Shown: positions 1 through 5,961 of the stretch, in pieces
Layout: every line of letters begins with the position of its first letter
Numbering within the stretch: position 1 is the stretch's first letter
Assembly: GCA_036478295.1 (NCBI GenBank)
Contig: JAZGDW010000131.1
Coordinates: 1 to 16,169 of the forward strand
Reading direction: 5' to 3'
DNA length: 16,169 nucleotides
DNA from: Candidatus Krumholzibacteriia bacterium
GTDB taxonomy: Bacteria > Krumholzibacteriota > Krumholzibacteriia > WVZY01
Notes under the pieces: generated by a model
The model's input: only the letters and a program-made list of their open reading frames with translations
What the model was told of the DNA's origin: nothing
The model's database searches: none
Position numbers and translations under genes: made by a program

Positions 1-147
1 GCGCAGCCTGCGAGCACGGACGGGCTGTTCGCTGACAGGACCCGCCGTGGTCGTCGGGTGATCCTCGCTCGTTCCCGCGAACGGGTCCGCAGCCAATCCA
101 ACGACGTACCGCGCAAAGACACGAACCTGGAGCGGAGGGGAGAGCAT

Positions 148-372
148 ATGGCAAACAGGGTTGTAATATTCGGCAAGGACACCTGACACTACACGACGGC
201 GGCCCGTGAGGATTACGCCAACAAAGGCTACGAAGTCGAGTACCAAAATGTGGAGAAGGACAGCGGCGCCCTCGATAAGATGCTCAAGCACTCGGAGGGG
301 GGACGCGATGTGCCAGTCATTGTGGAGGGTTCTGACGTCACCATCGGTTTCGGCGGCACCTGAGCGGTGTAA
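148..372 (+). CDS. Glutaredoxin-like selenoprotein with two selenocysteines (resembles the UXX-star selenoprotein families), 74 aa
   Basis: GGAGG SD at 134-138 and ATG at 148. Reading TGA as U gives MANRVVIFGKDTUHYTTAAREDYANKGYEVEYQNVEKDSGALDKMLKHSEGGRDVPVIVEGSDVTIGFGGTUAV*. U13 (184-186) sits at the Grx CPYC first-Cys position; cis-Pro-type VPVI and IGF motifs are present; U72 (361-363) precedes TAA at 370-372; hairpins follow both TGAs. Confidence 0.9.
192..208 (+). promoter_or_regulatory. Candidate in-frame SECIS for the first UGA (184-186)
   Basis: CACGACGGCGGCCCGTG can fold as ACGG/CCGT or CACG/CGTG with a G-containing apical loop about 13-14 nt after the UGA. The stem is short and somewhat close to the UGA. 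Confidence 0.45.
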
Positions 373-376
373 CCCC

Positions 377-393
377 TCTCACCGGTGGTGAGA
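377..393 (+). promoter_or_regulatory. Candidate SECIS for the second UGA (361-363), located in the 3' UTR
   Basis: Perfect 7-bp stem TCTCACC/GGTGAGA with a GGT loop starting 20 nt after the UGA, matching bacterial SECIS geometry. No U-tract follows directly. Confidence 0.7.
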
Positions 394-500
394 CTCAATC
401 TTCTTTAGAATCAACTGTTCGTTCTCTTTTGATGCACCGACGCTTGAACCGGTGCAGCTTATTTGCAAGGAACTTAATGAATTACGTATCGGCGCCCAAT

Positions 501-620
501 TGTGGAAAAATACCCATGAGAAATTGTGCGCATCGTCTTAATTGTTTCAGTCACAATAGGTTAAACGTTATCCACAACTGGTGCTCTTTTATCAACACCT
601 ATGCTTTGCCCTGTGGATAA
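501..620. promoter_or_regulatory. Distal DnaA-box cluster
   Basis: TGTGGAAAA 501-509, TTATCCACA 568-576 (perfect), TTATCAACA 589-597 and TGTGGATAA 612-620 (perfect, reverse) in an AT-rich gap between convergent genes. Confidence 0.75.
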
Positions 621-652
621 CTCGCTTGCCGTCAGCCGGGGCCAGGCCGAAC

Positions 653-694
653 GAAAAAGGGCTTCCGGCCCCCTAGGGGGCGAAAGCCCTTTTC
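653..694. terminator. Probable bidirectional intrinsic terminator
   Basis: AAAAGGGCTT...GCCCCC-TA-GGGGGC...AAGCCCTTTT inverted repeat with A/T tracts on both sides, about 28 nt downstream of the bactofilin stop. Confidence 0.75.
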
Positions 695-721
695 TTGCTA
701 TCGGATCGCGCGAGAGCCAGT

Positions 722-1162
722 TTACTTGGCCGCTTGTTTTTCGGGTTCCTTTTTGATCCAATCGGTGTTCTGGGACACCGGTTTTGAGATCGAGGCGCCT
801 TGTGCCGCCTGGGAACCCATCCTGCACGCCCCTTCAAAGAACACACCCTCGTCGATCACGAGACGTACGGTCGAGATGTCACCTTCGACGTGAGAGCCCG
901 TTTGCAGTTCGATTTTGTTCGTAGCCTTGATGTTGCCCACGAGCTTGCCGCCGATCACAGCGTTCTTCACTGTGATATCGGCTTTGACAACGCCGGTCTT
1001 GCCGATGATCAGCGTCTCCGGGCACTTGACCTCGCCCTCAAAATCGCCGTCGATACGCAGCGTCCCCTTGATCTCGATGTTTCCTTTGAACTTGCATCCT
1101 GGTCCGAGAATCGAATTCAGGTTGCCTTCGCCACCGATGCTGTCGCCTTCCTTGCCAAACAT
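722..1162 (-). CDS. Bactofilin (polymer-forming cytoskeletal protein, CcmA family)
   Basis: Typical beta-helix repeats SILGPGCKFKGNI...LRIDGDFEGEV...IIGKTGVVKADI...VEGDIST..LVIDEGVFFEGACRM; N-terminal MFGK motif; AGGAGG SD. Confidence 0.93.
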   Translation of the reverse strand: MFGKEGDSIGGEGNLNSILGPGCKFKGNIEIKGTLRIDGDFEGEVKCPETLIIGKTGVVKADITVKNAVIGGKLVGNIKATNKIELQTGSHVEGDISTVRLVIDEGVFFEGACRMGSQAAQGASISKPVSQNTDWIKKEPEKQAAK

Positions 1163-1207
1163 ACGCGTTCCTCCTTAACTTGAATCCCGAGCTAGACGTG
1201 AAGCGAA

Positions 1208-1235
1208 ATTATACACAAAACTGAACCGAGTTAAA
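1208..1235 (-). promoter_or_regulatory. Putative sigma70 promoter for the bactofilin gene, overlapped by a DnaA box
   Basis: Minus strand TTTAAC-16nt-TATAAT (-10 at 1208-1213); TTATACACA at 1209-1217 fits TTWTNCACA. Confidence 0.5.
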
Positions 1236-1261
1236 GTGCCTTTTTCTCTCGCCGGAGAACT

Positions 1262-2062
1262 CTAGTTGAGCAAATAGTTTCTAGGGTCAACAGGCACTCC
1301 GTTTTTCTTGACTTCGAAATGAAGATGTGGTGCCGAACTCTTACCGGTATCTCCGACGAAGGCGATTGTCTGCCCGCGTACGACCCGATCGCCTTCCTGG
1401 ACAATGTTACGCGAGTTGTGGCCGTAAAGCGTCTGGATTCCGAAACCGTGATCGATGGCGACCTGGTATCCGAATGTTTCATCCCAGCCGTTGGAAACCA
1501 CAATGCCCTCGGCAGAAGTTTGTACGGGTGTATTGCGGCGAGCCGCAATATCCATGCCAGGGTGGTAGAGGTCACTTTTCTCGCCGCCGGTTGTGTAGAA
1601 TTCTCTTGTTACGTAACCTTTTAGCGGCCACAACGACGGTATGGCCTTGAGCAGCAGCTGTTGCTCTGTGCGCTCTGCCTCTGATATCCCCCCCGCCTGG
1701 GAGATTGCGGGTGAATAGACAACTGGCGATAAATTTGCCACCAGCATGCTGTCTTCGATGGAGAGTCCGACGCCTAGCATTTTCTTGATCTGGATGCCCG
1801 TGGTCTGCAGGCGTACGAGCTCGGTGCGTAACGAATCGATCTGTGCGTTACGGGTTCGAAGTTGTTTGTTTTCGGCGGCGAGTCCCGCAGCCTGGTATGC
1901 TTCGACCAGCGCCTTGCCGTAGGTGGCCACGAAGAAAGTCCCCGTCAAGAGAGACAGGCTGACGAGCACGGTCAACGCGACCAGCATTCGATACGAAACA
2001 CGGAAGTTCCGCACATTGGAATCATCGTGTGGTACGACAATGATCGAGAGATACTTTCGCAT
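1262..2062 (-). CDS. Membrane-anchored M23 family metallo-endopeptidase
   Basis: Short N-terminal segment, TM helix, coiled coil, then an M23 domain with HxxxD (HPGMD) and HxH (HLH) Zn motifs. Starts 1 nt after the parB stop. Confidence 0.92.
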   Translation of the reverse strand: MRKYLSIIVVPHDDSNVRNFRVSYRMLVALTVLVSLSLLTGTFFVATYGKALVEAYQAAGLAAENKQLRTRNAQIDSLRTELVRLQTTGIQIKKMLGVGLSIEDSMLVANLSPVVYSPAISQAGGISEAERTEQQLLLKAIPSLWPLKGYVTREFYTTGGEKSDLYHPGMDIAARRNTPVQTSAEGIVVSNGWDETFGYQVAIDHGFGIQTLYGHNSRNIVQEGDRVVRGQTIAFVGDTGKSSAPHLHFEVKKNGVPVDPRNYLLN

Positions 2063-2063
2063 A

Positions 2064-2924
2064 TTATCGGGGCAGAGGAATGTGCATCAGCTCCACAAGG
2101 CGCTCGAAATCCTCGTGACTGTAAAACTCGATGGTCAACTTCCCTTTTCCGCCGCGCTTTTCTTCCAGTCGCACGCGCGTCGAAAGATGTCTGGCGATCG
2201 CGTTCTCCAGAAATGAAATGTGCGGCGACTTTTCTGTCTCAATCTTGGCGGAATGTTTTGGCCGGCGCCGCTCACCTGTTTCCGTCTCGACCTGGCGTAC
2301 GGTCAGGTTCTTTTTCTGAATGCGCTCGGCCATCGCCAGCTGCTCCGTTTTCGTCGGCAGTGACAAGAGCGCCCGGGCGTGTCCTTCGCTGAGCTTCCCC
2401 TCAGCCAGCATCGACCGGATCTCTTCGGGCAGGCTCAACAGGCGGAGCGTGTTCGCCACCGAACTCCGGTCCCTGGCAACCATCCTGGCCAGCTCGTTCT
2501 GGGACAAGCCGAATGACGCTATCAGCGAACGGTATGCCCCGGCGACTTCAATGGGATTCAGGTCTTCCCGTTGCAAGTTTTCTACCAACGCGAGACGAAG
2601 TGCGTCGACTTCCTCCACCGGCTTGACAACAACCGGCATTTGTTGAACGCCGGCGAGCCTGGCCGCCTGCAGGCGTCGCTCGCCCATGATGAGCTCATAG
2701 CGCATCCCGTTCTTGCGCACCACCACGGGCTGGAGCACTCCGTCGTTGCGTATGCTCTCCGAAAGTGCCTTGAGTTTTTCTTCGTCGAACCGCTTGCGGG
2801 GTTGGTAGGGGTTGGCGCTGATCTCCTCAACCGGGATGTGCGTCACCTGGCCCTCGGTCGCGGCTTTCTTGATCGTCTGCGGTATCAATGCTTCCAGTCC
2901 TCGGCCCAGTACTTTCCTTGCCAC
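2064..2924 (-). CDS. parB: Chromosome partitioning protein ParB (Spo0J)
   Basis: N-terminal LGRGL ParA-interaction peptide, NPYQPRKRF, GERRLQAA CTPase motif, ENLQREDL, HTH RSSVANTLRLL; GAGGTGAT SD before the GTG. Confidence 0.97.
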   Translation of the reverse strand: MARKVLGRGLEALIPQTIKKAATEGQVTHIPVEEISANPYQPRKRFDEEKLKALSESIRNDGVLQPVVVRKNGMRYELIMGERRLQAARLAGVQQMPVVVKPVEEVDALRLALVENLQREDLNPIEVAGAYRSLIASFGLSQNELARMVARDRSSVANTLRLLSLPEEIRSMLAEGKLSEGHARALLSLPTKTEQLAMAERIQKKNLTVRQVETETGERRRPKHSAKIETEKSPHISFLENAIARHLSTRVRLEEKRGGKGKLTIEFYSHEDFERLVELMHIPLPR

Positions 2925-3678
2925 TCTGGATCACCTCTCTCGCCAGTTTCAGATACGTTTGTGCCCCCTGGCATTCGGCATCGTACAGCAAGATGGGTTT
3001 GCCAAAACTCGGGGATTCACTCAGCTTGACGTTTCTCGGAATGATGGTGTCGTAGACCTTGTCGCCAAAATAGGAGATGGTCTCGTCGACCACCTGCTTG
3101 GCCAGTTTGAGCCGCCGGTCGAACATGGTCAGCAAGACACCCTCGATATCGAGGGACGGATTCAGGTTGTTTTGTACAAGTTTAACGGTTTCAAGTAGTT
3201 GCCCCAGCCCTTCCAACGCGTAATACTCGCACTGCAGGGGAATGAGGATCGAGTCCGCTGCGGTCAGTGTGTTGAGGGTGAGCAAGCCCAGGCTGGGCGG
3301 AGAATCCAAAAAAATGTAGTCGAAGCGATCTCTGATTTTCTCGAGGGCCCTTTTCAGCCGGAATTCACGCCGGTCAAGCGTGACCAGCTCGATCTCTGCT
3401 CCCGTAAGTTGTTCATTTGCGGGTAGTAATGACAGATACTCCAGCGCGGTGTCCATGATGGCAATGTCGATCAGATTCGGATCGAGCAGTACCTCGTAGA
3501 TCGAGATCTCGACCCCGTGCTTGTCGACGCCGAGCCCCGACACCGCGTTGGCCTGCGGGTCCATATCGACGAGGAGGGTGCGCTTTTCGGCGGCGGCCAG
3601 GCTGGCGCAGAGGTTCACCGCCGTCGTGGTCTTGCCCACACCGCCCTTCTGGTTCGCAATGGCAATGATCTTTCCCAC
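2827..3678 (-). CDS. parA: Chromosome partitioning ATPase ParA (Soj); start at 3678 or 3687
   Basis: Deviant Walker A NQKGGVGKTT, DMDPQAN, DSPPSLG, PLQCEYYALEG, IPRNVKLSESPSFG; adjacent to parB. Confidence 0.96.
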   Translation of the reverse strand: MGKIIAIANQKGGVGKTTTAVNLCASLAAAEKRTLLVDMDPQANAVSGLGVDKHGVEISIYEVLLDPNLIDIAIMDTALEYLSLLPANEQLTGAEIELVTLDRREFRLKRALEKIRDRFDYIFLDSPPSLGLLTLNTLTAADSILIPLQCEYYALEGLGQLLETVKLVQNNLNPSLDIEGVLLTMFDRRLKLAKQVVDETISYFGDKVYDTIIPRNVKLSESPSFGKPILLYDAECQGAQTYLKLAREVIQSGKESTGPRTGSIDTADDQESRDRGPGDAHPG

Positions 3679-3709
3679 GTTGTGCACCGGACTTTAGAAA
3701 CCTATGGTC

Positions 3710-3738
3710 ATTAAAACTAATAACTTCTTATATAACAA
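3710..3738 (-). promoter_or_regulatory. Putative sigma70 promoter for the parA operon
   Basis: Minus strand TTGTTA-17nt-TTTAAT in an AT-rich gap just upstream of parA. Confidence 0.45.
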
Positions 3739-3745
3739 CTAGTTA

Positions 3746-5059
3746 CTAGGGTGCTGCCTGCAACCACGGGGTGATCCAGGCCTGGACTTTTGTCGGGTCG
3801 AAGCTGGGATCCCAGGCATCCAGTATGGTCGCTTTGATCGAGGTGGAGTCCGTCGCTCCCCACCAGTTGTTCCGCACGTCGAGCGCGAAATTGCCGACGA
3901 AATTAGGCTGAAGAACCAGGTTGAAACGGGGCGGCGTTGCCTTGCCAAACTGGTTGCCGCTCAAGTTGTTGTTGGAAATCACAGGGTACAAGGTCCAGCT
4001 TCTCACCGGCGAGGGATTACCTAAACTTACGCCAGGAATGAAGTTACGTGATATTGCGTTGTTGCTGATCGTAATCGGAAGCAACGCCCCCGGATCGTCC
4101 AGAATCAGCGAGATCCCCGCTTCGCCGTTGGGGGTCGTCAGATCTCCATTGAAGGTTATGCTGTTCCCCTGGATGGTGATCGACGCCGGCACCGTGGCTA
4201 TATTGGGCATTTCAACCCTGATACCACTGGACTGGTTGCTGGTGATCGAGGAGTTCATCACCGACAGCGCCCCGGTCGATTCGTGGAGGATTGCCGCGGC
4301 GCTGCACAGGGTAATGGTGCATCCGTCGAGCGTGGCGACCGAAGGGCTGGTCGTGTGCAGGGCATTCTTGGCGTGAGAGATCTCGGTAAAGCGCAGGTCC
4401 ACTTGGGGTGGGGGTCCGCTCGGCACCGCGCTGATTCCCTTCCAGTCGCCCGGCGTGGCGGTCCGCGAGTTCGGCCGTATGATGACCGGTGCGCCCCGCG
4501 CGCCGGCTGCCACAAGACTGCCGCCAACCTGAAAGTCAAGGCCTGGTTTATCTATATAAACCTCAACACCTTGTGCGATCGTCAGGTTGGCCTGGCTGCC
4601 CACGGCGAACGTGGCACCCGCCGGCCGCACGATGTACGGAGACCGGGTGAGCACCCAGGTGAAAACCCCGGTCACGTCGGCCGTGACAACCGTTCCTATT
4701 TTGAGGGTTTGCGTAACAGTCCGTTGCAGGCCCTTGTCGTCGGATACGGTGACGGTAATCAGGTCTTCGCCGACTGTGGACGGCGACTCCCAGGTAAAGG
4801 AGGTCCCCGTACCTGAGGGACGAGGGCCGGATGGATTTCCACCCCGGGTAACCTCCCAGGCAACGGTCACCGGATCGCCATCGGGGTCATCGACGACGGC
4901 CGTGAACGTAACCGGTGCCACGGTTTCTACTGCGAACTTGCCAAACGTGAACTGGATGGTTGGCGCCCGGTTGGCGGGTGGTGCGATCGGGGCTTCATCG
5001 GAGCCGCATCCGGCTAGGATGAGCCCCAAAATGATGGATAACGCTATTAAATACCGGAT
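3746..5059 (-). CDS. Putative lipoprotein with an N-terminal Ig/PKD-like domain and a right-handed beta-helix region; probable ATC start at 5059
   Basis: Starting at ATC 5059 gives MRYLIALSIILGLILAG-C (lipobox LAGC). Then NRAPTI..DDPDGDPVTVAW..ITVTVSDDKG, Asn-rich repeats (ITSNQSSGI, ISNNAISRN, ISNNNLSGN) and a C-terminal NNWWG motif. Confidence 0.75.
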   Translation of the reverse strand: MRYLIALSIILGLILAGCGSDEAPIAPPANRAPTIQFTFGKFAVETVAPVTFTAVVDDPDGDPVTVAWEVTRGGNPSGPRPSGTGTSFTWESPSTVGEDLITVTVSDDKGLQRTVTQTLKIGTVVTADVTGVFTWVLTRSPYIVRPAGATFAVGSQANLTIAQGVEVYIDKPGLDFQVGGSLVAAGARGAPVIIRPNSRTATPGDWKGISAVPSGPPPQVDLRFTEISHAKNALHTTSPSVATLDGCTITLCSAAAILHESTGALSVMNSSITSNQSSGIRVEMPNIATVPASITIQGNSITFNGDLTTPNGEAGISLILDDPGALLPITISNNAISRNFIPGVSLGNPSPVRSWTLYPVISNNNLSGNQFGKATPPRFNLVLQPNFVGNFALDVRNNWWGATDSTSIKATILDAWDPSFDPTKVQAWITPWLQAAP

Positions 5060-5172
5060 GTTGCACCCCTTTTGTTTCCGCTCCGCTGTGGGGTTCTCGA
5101 ATTACCTGGAACATTAATCACTGCCACCGGAACATGGCAAGCTTTTTTGAGTGGCGGTCGAATTATTTGCAG

Positions 5173-5188
5173 TGTTCCACGTGAAACG
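5173..5188. promoter_or_regulatory. parS site 1
   Basis: TGTTCCACGTGAAACG, 15/16 match to the parS consensus TGTTNCACGTGAAACA. Confidence 0.9.
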
Positions 5189-5268
5189 ACGGGGCCGCCC
5201 GCCGGACGCTACCCGGGCCACCGAGCTGTGGGACTGCAGAGGGTTTTCGAAAAGAGAGCCCGCTGGAA

Positions 5269-5284
5269 CGTTTCACGTGAAACG
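5269..5284. promoter_or_regulatory. parS site 2
   Basis: Perfect 16-bp palindrome CGTTTCACGTGAAACG with the parS core. Confidence 0.92.
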
Positions 5285-5310
5285 CACACGCTCTACGGGT
5301 CTGGTCAGGA

Positions 5311-5961
5311 TCACAGTGATTTGTGGTAGAGAACGAAGGTCCCGGCGTCTGTGGTCCGCTGAGCCGTGAGTGTGAGAGACCGGCCGAGGGTGGTGTCTAC
5401 GGTCCGGCCCGGTCCCCGTCGCAGGGTGCCAAAGCACCCGTTGTCGACCAGGAGCGCTTCGACCGCCGCCGCGACCCTCCCGGGCGGGGCAACGGCCAAC
5501 ATGACCGCCAGGTCGAACGTGTTCCGGTACGCGTCCCGGGTGGGGAGCTCGTTGAGATCGGCTTCGACCACCTGGATACCCGACAGGCCGATCCGCCGCA
5601 CCACCCGTTCGAGAAAGACCGCGCGGCGCCTCTTCCGTTCGACCAGAACCAGCTCCAGCCCGGGTGCCAGCAGTCGCCAGACGACACCCGGAAACCCCGC
5701 ACCCGAACCGATGTCGGCCACACGCCACGATTCGGTGTCGACGGTACATGTTTTGACCACAAGGTCCCAAAAATCAATGGATTGGCGGATGAGACCGGCC
5801 AGTACTGTCGGGGTGTCTCGCCTGGAAACCAATCCGAGATCGGGGTTCCAGTCGAGGATCTCATGGACATAGACATGAAGCGTGGCGAGGTCCAGCCGGC
5901 CGCTCAGATCGGAGAGGGTGCTCAGTACGCGGTCGGTATCATCGTGGCTGGGAATAGGCAT
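5311..5961 (-). CDS. rsmG: 16S rRNA m7G527 methyltransferase RsmG/GidB homolog, divergent
   Basis: SAM motif DIGSGAGFPG and LVERKRRRAVFL; directly after mnmG. Likely ATG at 5961 overlaps the mnmG end by 23 nt. Confidence 0.85.
   Translation of the reverse strand: MPIPSHDDTDRVLSTLSDLSGRLDLATLHVYVHEILDWNPDLGLVSRRDTPTVLAGLIRQSIDFWDLVVKTCTVDTESWRVADIGSGAGFPGVVWRLLAPGLELVLVERKRRRAVFLERVVRRIGLSGIQVVEADLNELPTRDAYRNTFDLAVMLAVAPPGRVAAAVEALLVDNGCFGTLRRGPGRTVDTTLGRSLTLTAQRTTDAGTFVLYHKSL

Noticed and set aside
1..147. Possible 3' end of an upstream gene or N-terminal extension (frame 1 is open into ATG 148; other frames stop at 33-35 and 59-61)
   Set aside because: Too little sequence to choose a frame. 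The SD before ATG 148 and the Grx-like domain starting there favour an independent start.
148..372. Pseudogene or alternative genetic code (UGA=Trp/Gly) explanation for the two TGAs
   Set aside because: dnaA, rpmH and jag end in TGA at expected positions, so UGA is normally a stop. Both TGAs fall at plausible redox positions with downstream hairpins.
206..391. 61-aa + strand ORF from the track
   Set aside because: Alternative-frame shadow of the selenoprotein gene; no recognisable motif.
429..827. Short ORFs 429-620 (+) and 561-827 (-)
   Set aside because: They run across the DnaA-box cluster and terminator and show no protein-like motifs.
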